Of a stretch of 64,000 nt of DNA, positions 19,982-29,129 are shown in pieces. A program made the translations under genes and the position numbers. Source of the DNA: an uncultured Candidatus Binatia bacterium (GTDB lineage Bacteria; Desulfobacterota; Binatia; UBA9968; JAJDTQ01); NCBI GenBank assembly GCA_965213675.1, contig OZ243916.1, positions 2,016,001-2,080,000 of the forward strand, read 5' to 3'. Under the pieces are notes generated by a model. The model saw nothing but the letters and a program-made list of their open reading frames with translations, searched no databases and was not told where the DNA came from. Within the stretch, counting starts at the first letter, position 1; every line of letters begins with the position of its first letter.

Positions 19982-20686
19982 CTAACCGCCCAGGTACGCC
20001 TCCCGGACGTGGGGGATGTCTTTCAACTCGGCGCCGGTTCCCTGCAGGGCTACGGCGCCGGATTCGAGAAGATAGGCGCGGTCGCAGATTTCCAGCGCCG
20101 CGTAGGCGTTCTGTTCGACCATTAGCACGGTGACACCCTCGGCCCGGATCTCGGTGATGATCTCGAAGGTGGTCTCGACCAGATTGGGCGCCAGGCCCAA
20201 GGAAGGCTCGTCAAACAGCACCAGCTTCGGCCGCGACATCAGCGCCCGGCCAATGGCCAGCATCTGCTGCTCGCCGCCGGAAAGCGTCCCCGCGGTCTGA
20301 CGCCGCCGTCCTTCGAGGATCGGGAAACGCTCAAACACCCGCTGCAGGTCCGCTTCGATGCCGCGGGCGTCGCGGCGCAGGTAACAGCCCATGTCGAGAT
20401 TTTCCTGAACGCTCATGTATGGAAAGATACGCCGCCCTTCGGGGCAATGGGCGATGCCCAGGGACAGGACTCTTTGCGCCGACGCGTTGGAGATGTCGTG
20501 GCCGTCGAATACGATGCGCCCGGCCGCGGGCGGGAGCAGTCCCGAAATGGCCTTCAGGGTAGTGGACTTCCCGGCCCCGTTGGCGCCGATCAGGGTCACC
20601 AGCTCGCCCTGGTTGACGATCATGGACAGGCCGCGGATGGCGCTGACCTTGCCGTAACGGCATTCCAGACCGGTGATCTCAAGCAT
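19982..20686 (-). CDS. livF: Branched-chain amino acid-type ABC ATPase
   Basis: GANGAGKST, CPEGRRIF, LSGGEQQMLAIGRALM, DEPSLGLAP, VEQN. Confidence 0.93.
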   Translation of the reverse strand: MLEITGLECRYGKVSAIRGLSMIVNQGELVTLIGANGAGKSTTLKAISGLLPPAAGRIVFDGHDISNASAQRVLSLGIAHCPEGRRIFPYMSVQENLDMGCYLRRDARGIEADLQRVFERFPILEGRRRQTAGTLSGGEQQMLAIGRALMSRPKLVLFDEPSLGLAPNLVETTFEIITEIRAEGVTVLMVEQNAYAALEICDRAYLLESGAVALQGTGAELKDIPHVREAYLGG

Positions 20687-21455
20687 CGGCGGCCGCCCCT
20701 CCCAGGTATGCCCGAATCACCTCCGGGTGGCGGCGAATCTCTTCCGGCGTCCCCTCGGCCAGGATGAGGCCCTGATTCAGCACGATGACCCGGTCGGAAA
20801 TTCCCATCACCACACGCATGTCGTGCTCCACCAGGAAGATGGTGGTGCCCTGGTCGCGGATGGCCGACACCCGGTTCATGAAGTTCTGTGTCTCCGACGG
20901 GTTCATCCCCGAGGCTGGCTCGTCCAGCAAGAGCAGTGACGGCCGCGCCGCCAGAGCGATGGCCACCTCCAACAGGCGTTGCTCGCCGTAGGGCAGATCC
21001 GACGCCAGCTCGCCGCGCCGGTGGGACAGGCCCACCTGCTCCAGGATGGCGGCGGCCTGCCACCGAAGATCGCGCTCCTCGGCCTTGATGCGCGGCAGGG
21101 CCAGCAGAATCTCCCACACGCGGCCGCGGCCGCGGCGGTGCAAGCCGATCAACATATTGTCGATGACGCTCAATCCGCTGAAGAGGCTCGTCTTCTGGAA
21201 AGTCCGGACCACGCCGAGGTCGGCGACATCGTTGGGGCGCAGGCCGTCCAGGGAAACGCCGCGGTAGCGGACGCTGCCGGCGCTGGCCCGCAGGAACCCC
21301 GTGATGACGTTGAAGGCGGTGGTCTTGCCGGCTCCGTTGGGACCGATGAGGCTGGCGATCTCGCCCTCGCGGACGACGAAATCCACGTTGGACACGGCCA
21401 CCAGACCGCCGAACTGAACGGTGAGGCCCTCGACGCTGAGTGCGGCATCCGTCAC
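20679..21455 (-). CDS. livG: Branched-chain amino acid-type ABC ATPase
   Basis: GTG start at 21455; FGGLVAV, GPNGAGKTT, LPYGEQR, VEHDM, AYLG. Confidence 0.92.
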   Translation of the reverse strand: MTDAALSVEGLTVQFGGLVAVSNVDFVVREGEIASLIGPNGAGKTTAFNVITGFLRASAGSVRYRGVSLDGLRPNDVADLGVVRTFQKTSLFSGLSVIDNMLIGLHRRGRGRVWEILLALPRIKAEERDLRWQAAAILEQVGLSHRRGELASDLPYGEQRLLEVAIALAARPSLLLLDEPASGMNPSETQNFMNRVSAIRDQGTTIFLVEHDMRVVMGISDRVIVLNQGLILAEGTPEEIRRHPEVIRAYLGGAAADA

Positions 21456-22480
21456 CGCGCTTCCTCCGTAGCGCCAAGGCCACCCTCGGGGGCGGCGAAA
21501 CGCACCTTCCACCACGACGTGACCGCCGGCACGATGCCCTGTGGCAGGAAGAACACGATGACGATCATGAACACGCCGTAGATCACCCACTGCACTTCGG
21601 GGCTGGCGATTTCCCGCAGCACCTCGGGCAGGATGCCGAAGATGAGGCCGCCCACCACCGGGCCAGCGGTAGTTCCCTTGCCGCCGGTGACCACCATGAT
21701 CACCATGGTCACGGTATAGATGAACAGGAAGATATCCGGATCGACAATACGCACGTAGTGGGTATAAAGCCCGCCGGCGGCCCCGGCCATGGCCGCCGAT
21801 ATGATCGTCGCCAGGACCAGGTAACGGGTGACGTCGACGCCCACCGAAGAGGCCAAGGCCTCGTTCTCGCGCAGGCCGATCATGGCCCGTCCGGCCCGGG
21901 ACCGCACCAGGCGCCGGACGACGATGTAGGAAACGGTGGCCACGACCAGGACCAGATAGTAGTTGGGCAGCTTCTGGTAGAAGACCTGCTCCCACAGGCC
22001 GGGAATGGCGACGCTGAACGGCGGGATGTTGTTGAGCGCCATGGGGCCTTCGGTGAGGTCGAGCCAGTTGAGGGAGATGAGCCGCACGACCTCGGCGAAG
22101 CTGATGGTGACGATGACGAAATAGGCGCCGCGGACCTTGAAGGCGATCTTGCCGATCAGCCACCCGAACAGGCCGGCGGCGGCGATGCCGGCGACGAAGG
22201 CGACCCACACCGACTGCGGCGCGAACACGAACGTGTAGGAGTCGGTCAACTCGAGGTCGAAGCCCAGGGACACCAGCGCGCTGGTATAGGCGCCGATGCC
22301 GAAGAACGCCACATGGCCGAGGCTCAGTTGTCCGGTGTAGCCGAGCAGCAGGTTGAGGCTGATGGCGGCGATGGTGAAAATGCCGGCGCTGATGAGGATA
22401 TGGAGGATATAGAGGTCCGTCATCCACAACGGAACGGAGAACAGGAACACCACCCAGGCGGCTGTGACGGCGTGCCTCAC
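21452..22480 (-). CDS. livM: Branched-chain amino acid-type ABC permease
   Basis: GYTGQLSLGHVAFFGIGAY, RENE.LA..VG, GGKGT..GP. Confidence 0.92.
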   Translation of the reverse strand: MRHAVTAAWVVFLFSVPLWMTDLYILHILISAGIFTIAAISLNLLLGYTGQLSLGHVAFFGIGAYTSALVSLGFDLELTDSYTFVFAPQSVWVAFVAGIAAAGLFGWLIGKIAFKVRGAYFVIVTISFAEVVRLISLNWLDLTEGPMALNNIPPFSVAIPGLWEQVFYQKLPNYYLVLVVATVSYIVVRRLVRSRAGRAMIGLRENEALASSVGVDVTRYLVLATIISAAMAGAAGGLYTHYVRIVDPDIFLFIYTVTMVIMVVTGGKGTTAGPVVGGLIFGILPEVLREIASPEVQWVIYGVFMIVIVFFLPQGIVPAVTSWWKVRFAAPEGGLGATEEAR

Positions 22481-23349
22481 CCGATGCGCTCCTTGGCCGC
22501 GAACAGCCCTGTCGGCTTGAACACCAGCACCAGGATAATCAGCAGGAAGCCCATGGCGTCGCGGTAGCCCGACGAGACGTAGCCCGCGCCCAGTTCCTCG
22601 GCCAAGCCCAGGACGAAGCCGCCGAGGGTGGCGCCGGGTATGCTGCCGAGGCCGCCGAGAATGACGATGGCGAAAGCCTTGAGCGCCGCCAGGTCCCCGA
22701 TGGTCGGCGCCACCACGAAGACGGGACCCAGCAGGGCGCCGGCCGCGGCCGCAAGGCAGGAGCCGAAGGCGAACGTCAGCGTGTGGATGCCCTTGACGTT
22801 GACGCCCATGAGGGCGGCGGTCTCACGGTCCTGAAAGGTCGCGCGCATGGCCTTGCCCAGACGTGTCCAATGGATCAGCAGGTAGGTGACGGCGATCAGC
22901 AGGACCGCGAAGGCGAACACGAAAACCCGTACCCAGGAAACCGACACCTCCCCGATGACCAGAGGATCCAGAGGAAAGGGATGGTCGATGGATTTGGCGA
23001 TACCGGTCCAGGTGAACTGTTCCAGGTTCTGCATCGCGATCCAGGCGCCGATCATGACCAGCATGGTGGTATCGATGTCGGCGCCCCGGAGGGGACGCAG
23101 CAGCACGAACTCGATCAGCGCGCCGAGGACCACGCCGAGGGCCATGGCCAGCAGGATGCTGGCAAAGAAGTTCAGGCCCAGCACCATGACAAGGAAAAAC
23201 ACCATGTAGGCGCCGAAGGTGTAGAGCTCACCGTGGGTGAAGTTGACCACCCGCATGATGCCGAAGATCAGTGTCAGCCCGATGCCCAAAAGGGCATAGG
23301 TGCCGCCGAGAATCAGGGCGTTGAGGAGGTGCTGGAGAAATTCAGGCAC
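22477..23349 (-). CDS. livH: Branched-chain amino acid-type ABC permease
   Basis: YALLGIGLTLIFG..RVVNF.HGE, TRLGKAMRA, ILGGLGS; likely GTG at 23349. Confidence 0.92.
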   Translation of the reverse strand: MPEFLQHLLNALILGGTYALLGIGLTLIFGIMRVVNFTHGELYTFGAYMVFFLVMVLGLNFFASILLAMALGVVLGALIEFVLLRPLRGADIDTTMLVMIGAWIAMQNLEQFTWTGIAKSIDHPFPLDPLVIGEVSVSWVRVFVFAFAVLLIAVTYLLIHWTRLGKAMRATFQDRETAALMGVNVKGIHTLTFAFGSCLAAAAGALLGPVFVVAPTIGDLAALKAFAIVILGGLGSIPGATLGGFVLGLAEELGAGYVSSGYRDAMGFLLIILVLVFKPTGLFAAKERIG

Positions 23350-23466
23350 GGTGAGAAATTCGGGACCGCGAGGGCCGGCCCCGGCGCACGCCCCTCCCGG
23401 GAGATCCGACAAGGGCGTGCATCAGGTCAGGGCCGGTGGGCATTCGTCGGCCGCCTTGTGACAGCG

Positions 23467-24621
23467 TCAGGGCAACGCGACCTTGCCGTCCTTGATGGTG
23501 ACCACGTAGACGTTGGGAATGTTCTGGGCGCTCTCCTTGCCCTTGGGGCCTTGCTTGATGAACGCGATGTCGCCGTTGACGCCGTCCACCTTGACCCCCC
23601 AGAGGGCCTTCTGAATGGCCTTGGGCTCAGCCTCGCCGGCCGCCTTGATGGCGGCGGCAATGGTCATGATGCCGTCATGGCCACGGAAACCCTCCGTCAG
23701 GCCGGCGAAATTGTGGCCGCGCTTGTTCCACTCGTTGACGAACGCGGTGGCGACTTCGGGGTTCGGCGCCGAGCCTGGAAACCACGGAGCGAAAAACAGC
23801 AGGTGGTAGCTGCCTTCGGCGGCCGCGCCGGCCTGCGCGATCAACTGATCCGGCGATGACGAACCACCGGTGGTGATCACCCGTTGCGTGACCCGCTGCT
23901 CCTTCATCTGCTTCAGCACCAGGGTGATCTGCTCGACCCCGGTGGTGACGAAAACCGTATCCCCGCCCGCTGCCTTGATCTTCGCCAACTGGGCGCTCAT
24001 ATCCGTGGCCTTGGCGTCCATGGTTTCCACCACGCCGACGGCAATGCCCTTGCTCTTGAGCATCTTCTGGAATTGCTCGGACGCGCCCAGACCCCAGTCG
24101 TTGTTGACCACCAGGAAGTTGGCCTTCTTGATGTGGAACTGCCCCACCTTGGTGCCGAAAGACTGGGCTTCCATGGCCGAGGTCGGGCTGATGCGGAAGA
24201 TCCACGGATTGCCCGAGGTCGTGATCTTGCCCGAAGACGAAGTCTCGACCACCATGGGCACGCCGTACTCCATGAGTTTCGGCATCACCGCCAGGGTATA
24301 GGTGGAACTCCACGCTCCCATGAGCGCCGGCACCTTGTCGCGCACGATGAGCTTCTCCGCCGTAGCCACCGCTTCCTTGGGATTGCTCTTGTTATCCTCG
24401 ATGATCAACTGCACCTTCTTGCCCAACAAGCCGCCGGACGAATTGAGAAACGACTCGGCGATCCTGGCGCCTTGCGCCACATAGTTGCCGGACGCCGCCA
24501 CCGCGCCGGTCAGGGGCTGGGTGACGCCGATCTTGATGGTCTCGGCCGCCCCGGCGATGGGCGCGGCCGCCGCCAACGCAATCCCGGCCACGAGCAGTGC
24601 CGTCCGTTTGAAGCTCAACAT
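23467..24621 (-). CDS. livK: Branched-chain amino acid-type ABC substrate-binding protein
   Basis: Signal peptide, IKIGVTQPLTG, GGLLGKKV; ATG 24621 with GGAGG RBS. Confidence 0.88.
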   Translation of the reverse strand: MLSFKRTALLVAGIALAAAAPIAGAAETIKIGVTQPLTGAVAASGNYVAQGARIAESFLNSSGGLLGKKVQLIIEDNKSNPKEAVATAEKLIVRDKVPALMGAWSSTYTLAVMPKLMEYGVPMVVETSSSGKITTSGNPWIFRISPTSAMEAQSFGTKVGQFHIKKANFLVVNNDWGLGASEQFQKMLKSKGIAVGVVETMDAKATDMSAQLAKIKAAGGDTVFVTTGVEQITLVLKQMKEQRVTQRVITTGGSSSPDQLIAQAGAAAEGSYHLLFFAPWFPGSAPNPEVATAFVNEWNKRGHNFAGLTEGFRGHDGIMTIAAAIKAAGEAEPKAIQKALWGVKVDGVNGDIAFIKQGPKGKESAQNIPNVYVVTIKDGKVALP

Positions 24622-24741
24622 GATTTCCTCCCGTCGTTTGGAACAGAAATGGGCCATTGAAACAGGCAATGGAAGTGGCAACAGCCTCCTTCAGGGTGAC
24701 GGATTCTAGCCCGGATACATCAAGGAATCTAGCCTGAGAGT

Positions 24742-24958
24742 TGCGGTGGTCCCACTTCGTTGGACAGGTGGGCGGCGATGGTGTCGAAGGTTTGCCATCC
24801 TCGAATGGGTCGACTCGTTCAACCACCGCCGACTCCTGGTAGGGATCGGCTATGTGCCGCCCGCGGAACTTGAAGAGCGGCTCCATCAGCAATGCGGTGA
24901 GTCGGCCATGGTGGCCTGACTCAAACTATTCCGTCTCCGGGAAAGCCGGGGCGGTTCA
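24742..24958 (+). mobile_element. IS3-family remnant: IS end (copy 2) joined to a transposase C-terminus and a right end
   Basis: Repeat of 19712-19746, then LEWVDSFNHRRLL..IGYVPPAELE...SAMVA* and terminal CTCCGGGAAAGCCGGGGCGGTTCA. Confidence 0.8.
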
Positions 24959-24990
24959 CAGTTTGGTTTGACGTAAGGGTCAATCATCCC

Positions 24991-25023
24991 ATGCGCAATC
25001 AAACAATCAAATATTGCGCGTAG
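24991..25023. repeat. Palindrome with TGCGCRTAG-type core
   Basis: ATGCGCAAT-13-ATTGCGCGT(AG), 8/9 matched arms. Confidence 0.65.
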
Positions 25024-25054
25024 CACGCTCAGATACTTCTTGTTGGTCTCTCCC

Positions 25055-26764
25055 TCACACAAAATCCGCCCGCCAAAGATGCACGGCGCGCTCGGCGAGC
25101 CGTCGTTGGCGCTGATCCAGCAACGCCGGTGTCCAATGCTCGGGGGCGATCTCCAGAATGCGCCGGGTCAACGCGTAGCCGCTACGGGCATAGGCCGCGA
25201 CCTTTTCCGGATAGGCCGCGTTGCCGAGACGGCGGTTGGTGGCGGGTTCGAGGAGGGTGAGGTTGCCGAGGCTGTAGATGGACTCGTCCCACAATGTCCG
25301 CGGAAAGGACTCCTCCCAAGCGTCCACGGGATTTTCGGGAAGGATATGCTCGATGGTGCCGGGGTCGGTGTCAGGGTCGCAAGCACGGCCTGAGGCGTCG
25401 GCTTCGAGGCGGGCGAGGATGTACCGCGTGAGCTTGCCCCAACGGCCCTCGGTAGCGACCGTCAGAAACTCGAAATCCTGCTTCATTCGGGCATCGTCCA
25501 CGTAGAGGGGCTTAATCACGGAAAACACCTCCGCGGGGGTCGTCGCCTCACCGTCCATCACCGCCTTGGCCGCGTGGTGGTAGGCCGGCTCAAGCGGATG
25601 GGTGTTGAGCCCGCTCACCACCGTGTAACGGAACGCGATCACGCTGACGAGCTTCAGGACGCGCACGAAATCGGCATTCGAGAAATGCTCCCAAGCGGCG
25701 AAAAGCAGCGGCATCATCTGCTGCACGCGGAAGAGGTCGAGTTCACGAATGTAGGGTCTTGCGGCGGGCAGATCGATCCAATACCCGTGGGTGGGGTCCA
25801 GGACCGCCGCGAACAACTCGGCGCGGCTCTCCAATTGGTCCAGCAAGGCGAATACGTCCGCGGGCGTCCGATTCTGGTCGCGCACCAGCTTGAAGAGCCG
25901 CTGGCTCCGGACCTTGGGCTGCCGACACAGCAAGTGGTAGCGGAGAAACCTGGAGAAACGCTCCTGCCCCACGGTAGCGACGAGTCGCTGCCAGCGGCGC
26001 TGGAGGGCGTCCAGGTCAGCGGCCACGTGGACACGGGAGAACAAGTAGTTCTTCAGCAAGTCCGTCGTGGTCAGTTCGAGACCACGCGCGTTGAGCGTCT
26101 CGAAGACGGTGTAGGCGTTGAGCTCGTCGTCGACGGTGATCAGGATGAACAGGAGTTGGCGGGCCACCGTCTCGGACAACAGGCTTGCCAGAGCTTGGCC
26201 GTCGTCCTTGAAGGCATCCATCCCGTCGAGCCGCTCCTTGAAATAGCCGAAGCATTTCCAGAGGAGACGGTTCGACTTGGACAAGCCACGCGGGTTGAGC
26301 GGCTCCCGCAGTTGCACCAGATAGTCCTGGTAGAAGGCGTCGTCGGTGGCATTGAGGTAGAGCCGGCTGCTCTCGGTCAATGACGCAGGGTCCTTCTCCC
26401 CCACGAACCGGTCGCGAAGGCCCTGTGCGCGAGCGCTGTTGGCATCGGTGTGTACGCCGCCGGCGGCCATGTCTTGTAGCTTGGCGATCACCGCCAACGC
26501 GAACAGGCTGATCGTGGCGAGCCGTTGCTGGCCGTCGATGATCAGGAACTCGCGGTCGCTGCTCCCTTCGACCACCAAGGCGCCCATGTAGTGGACGGCC
26601 TCGGAATCAGGGTGCAACTCCACGATGTCGTTCCAGAGATCCTCCCATTCCTCCTCCGACCACGAGTAGTCGCGCTGATAGGGCGGCACCCGGTACGACT
26701 TGCCGTTGCCCATCAACTCCAGATAGTTGATCGTGCGCGTGTTCAGGATGTTGGCTTTGGCCAC
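25055..26764 (-). CDS. gmrSD: DUF262+DUF1524 GmrSD-like modification-dependent restriction endonuclease
   Basis: PYQRDYSW, IIDGQQRL, FETLNARG; C-terminal IEHILP...SLGNLTLL..N. Confidence 0.88.
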   Translation of the reverse strand: MAKANILNTRTINYLELMGNGKSYRVPPYQRDYSWSEEEWEDLWNDIVELHPDSEAVHYMGALVVEGSSDREFLIIDGQQRLATISLFALAVIAKLQDMAAGGVHTDANSARAQGLRDRFVGEKDPASLTESSRLYLNATDDAFYQDYLVQLREPLNPRGLSKSNRLLWKCFGYFKERLDGMDAFKDDGQALASLLSETVARQLLFILITVDDELNAYTVFETLNARGLELTTTDLLKNYLFSRVHVAADLDALQRRWQRLVATVGQERFSRFLRYHLLCRQPKVRSQRLFKLVRDQNRTPADVFALLDQLESRAELFAAVLDPTHGYWIDLPAARPYIRELDLFRVQQMMPLLFAAWEHFSNADFVRVLKLVSVIAFRYTVVSGLNTHPLEPAYHHAAKAVMDGEATTPAEVFSVIKPLYVDDARMKQDFEFLTVATEGRWGKLTRYILARLEADASGRACDPDTDPGTIEHILPENPVDAWEESFPRTLWDESIYSLGNLTLLEPATNRRLGNAAYPEKVAAYARSGYALTRRILEIAPEHWTPALLDQRQRRLAERAVHLWRADFV

Positions 26765-26788
26765 GTGTTATCCACCGACACCGGGTAT

Positions 26789-27042
26789 TGGCGGAGGGGG
26801 CAAGACTCGAACTCGCGGCCCGCTGTTTAGTGTGGTGTCTGGTTAATACGCGTCATAATCTGCGGGTCTTTTTCGCCGTCGGCTGCGTTGCTCTTCCTCG
26901 CGTGGTACACGCCACTGCTCGTCATCGCGCCTTGCCGACAACAAAAAATCCTCCGCAGATTATGACCCGTATTAACCAGACACCACACTAGGCGAACGCC
27001 GATTTTCAAGACCAGTGCCTTGAGCCGCTCGGCCACCCTTCC
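26789..27042 (-). pseudogene. Diverged full-length tRNA-Ser(TGA) copy interrupted by a MITE
   Basis: Removing the 161-bp insert (element plus TA) leaves 93 nt aligning ungapped to 37807-37899 with 9 transitions; anticodon and CCA retained. Confidence 0.92.
26830..26988. mobile_element. 159-bp MITE with TA target duplication (IS630/Tc1-mariner-like)
   Basis: 36-bp TIRs GTGTGGTGTCTGGTTAATACG(C/G)GTCATAATCTGCGG at 26830-26865 and 26953-26988 (35/36); TA at 26828-26829 and 26989-26990; the empty site is visible in the intact tRNA. Confidence 0.92.
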
Positions 27043-27181
27043 GTAAGGGACAACGGATTGAAAGGCAGCACGTGGGCTTCATCCATTATACCGCATTGCC
27101 TGCCACCCCGCGTCAGGGTCTTCAAGAATAGGAGAATCCCGCCGACATGACAAGATTCCCCGCGGGAACCCCCGATGGCGG

Positions 27182-27287
27182 CCCCACCCCGAGCACCAGG
27201 TCTACTCCCATCTGCTCAAGGGATTGACCATCCCGATCAGGGCAGCCAGTTCACCAGCCCTGTCCACCAATCCCGGGGAAGGCCACA
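27182..27287 (+). mobile_element. Heavily deleted IS3-family transposase remnant
   Basis: PHPEHQVYSHLLKGLTI joined out of frame to DQGSQFTS, then an IS-end-like TGTCCACCAATCCCGGGGAAGGCCA. Confidence 0.65.
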
Positions 27288-27356
27288 ATGTTGAAGTAGC
27301 TTCAAGAAGCGCCTTGGGGCCTCGGACCGCCAAGCGCCACGGCTCTATCCGAGCGG

Positions 27357-27402
27357 TCTATGCGCAGAAATCCTGCGCGTAGCGACCATTTCTGCGCATA
27401 GA
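27357..27402. repeat. Perfect 15-bp inverted repeat with CTATGCGCAG core
   Basis: TCTATGCGCAGAAAT-16-ATTTCTGCGCATAGA; the loop contains a third copy CTGCGCGTAG. Confidence 0.9.
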
Positions 27403-27441
27403 GCACCCGGTCTCAGCGTTTTCGCGAAGGGACATCGCCCA

Positions 27442-28365
27442 TCATCCCCTGAAGCAGTGGTCATTGTGCCAGGTAAGGGCAACCGGATCGGGGCGCTGGG
27501 TAGCTTCACTCGGCGCGCTGATCCGCTGACCCTGTAGGGCATAGTAATGCCGGCCGTTGTCAAACTCTTCCTTGATGCGGCGGCTGACCTCGAACTTGAG
27601 AGCGGGCGTGACCGTCACATAACCGGCGTCGAACAGGCTGTGGATGTCGCGCCGCAGCAGAAGGCCGTTCCGGGCCTCGTGTGCGCCCCCGTCGCCATAG
27701 GGACGGATATGCGCCGCCTCAAGCGCCGGCAGAGTCCGCTCCTGCGTGACGGCACAACGCCGCCCATAAATGTCGGTCACCAGCACACGGAATGCGCCCT
27801 GCCCGAGCCGGGGCCGGATGAGATGGGGCTCCCCGAACCGCGCCTGCTCTTTGGCTATACCAGGGAACAGCTGCCGGGCCGAACGGTCGTTGACCGCCTC
27901 CCACAGGGCCAGCCCCTCGGCTTCGGCCGTGTTGTAGGTCTTGAACGAGACGATGTTCGGCGACCAGCTTTCCGGTACCGGAATCCGGTCGGCCTCGTCG
28001 AGAAAGAACGGTTGGGTCAAGATGCGGCAACCGATGGCGAAGTCGCTGCGGTCGTCCGGGTCCGTCCTTCGGTACTTTGCGATGCGCGTGCGCATTTCCT
28101 GTGCCGACCGCGCGCCGTTCGCCTCGCCGAACGCTTCCCAGGCAAGCGAACACGGCAATGCGTTTGCATAGGTGAAGATGCCGCCGCCGCCAATCACGTT
28201 GCGCGATCCGCGCAACTTGAACAGGAACAACTCGCCCGGCTGGAGCGCCCGAAAATTCTTCCCTGCCGAGGGTGCCCAGAAGTTGACCTCGCTGCGGTCC
28301 GGCTGCTGCCGCAGCATCTCGAACCAGTCGTCATCGGTGACGGCGATGATCAGATTAATGCCCAT
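27442..28365 (-). CDS. HNH endonuclease, putative modification-dependent restriction enzyme
   Basis: C-terminal R.GQGAFR...Y..RCAVT...LEAAHI.P...NGLLLR.DIH.LFD; N-terminal VNFW.P...GELFLFK domain. Confidence 0.88.
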   Translation of the reverse strand: MGINLIIAVTDDDWFEMLRQQPDRSEVNFWAPSAGKNFRALQPGELFLFKLRGSRNVIGGGGIFTYANALPCSLAWEAFGEANGARSAQEMRTRIAKYRRTDPDDRSDFAIGCRILTQPFFLDEADRIPVPESWSPNIVSFKTYNTAEAEGLALWEAVNDRSARQLFPGIAKEQARFGEPHLIRPRLGQGAFRVLVTDIYGRRCAVTQERTLPALEAAHIRPYGDGGAHEARNGLLLRRDIHSLFDAGYVTVTPALKFEVSRRIKEEFDNGRHYYALQGQRISAPSEATQRPDPVALTWHNDHCFRG

Positions 28366-28599
28366 ACCCAGCCGCCATCATTCGATGCCAGAGCCGCCGG
28401 CAGGTCTGACCAGTCCGAACTGTCCAGCGTGTCCTCGTAATGAACTTGGTGCAAATGTCGCGTTCGCTGAGACTCTTCTTGTTCATGGCGATCAGCGCTC
28501 ATTGAGGGTCTGTGTCAAGGCCCAACGACCCGCCCACTCAACGTCGACATTAGGCGTCGGATTCTTGACACCGTACCGTGATTTTGTGTCTTGGAAAAG

Positions 28600-28845
28600 C
28601 CTGATCGGCAATGGCTCGAGGCTTGCGCGTGTTTCCCGCCAGTCGTCTACACGGATCCGGTCCCGCCGCGTGGCGACCAAGAGCAGGTTGCCGGCCTCCA
28701 CGGGCTGGAGGGAGGGGACGAATGCTTGCATCGCCGTCTGCGATACGCTTGAATTCGCCCCGGTTTCGGGTCACACGCTTCCGGTACGCTTACGCTCCGG
28801 TGATGGGACCGACTGGCTCACCAGATGAACTTCTTACGTAATCAG
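28600..28845 (-). pseudogene. Chimeric vapC remnants
   Basis: GEPVGP..*..VTRNRGEFKRI (PIN C-terminal motif) followed by FVPSLQPVEAGNLLLVATRRDRIRVDDW, near-identical to the middle of vapC 4800-5216. Boundaries approximate. Confidence 0.7.
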
Positions 28846-28959
28846 GACGGCCCTTGCGTGCCTCGTGCGCGGGTGGCGGTACTCTTGCTGCACCGCGCGC
28901 CTTTGATCTCGGGGAGAGGGCGAGGACGGAATCGAGCGATACACCACCCGGTGACGCGC

Positions 28960-29108
28960 CGGTGCGGGAGACGGGGCTCATCTGCGGGGTAGAGGAACGC
29001 GCCATCGTCGTCGTGCCCTACCGCCCGGATTGGCCGGAGACGTTTCGCCAGCACCGGGAGCGCATCGCGGCGGCGATCAGCGCGGGGGCGCCAAAGGACG
29101 CGCGCTGA
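28960..29108 (+). pseudogene. GrpB-family N-terminal fragment
   Basis: GVEERAIVVVPYRPDWPETF...RERIAAA, then a stop. Start approximate. Confidence 0.6.
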
Positions 29109-29129
29109 AGGGGGCGACCCGGTCAGGGG

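Noticed and set aside
26830-26988. tRNA intron
   Set aside because: It lies in the variable arm, has TIRs and a TA duplication, and shows no group I/II intron features; a MITE fits better.
26788-27036. ORFs on both strands ending MTRINQTPH
   Set aside because: Artefact of the MITE inverted repeats and tRNA sequence.
18162-27402. Classical integron attC cassettes
   Set aside because: No RYYYAAC/GTTRRRY boxes and no intI; kept only as an unexplained repeat family.
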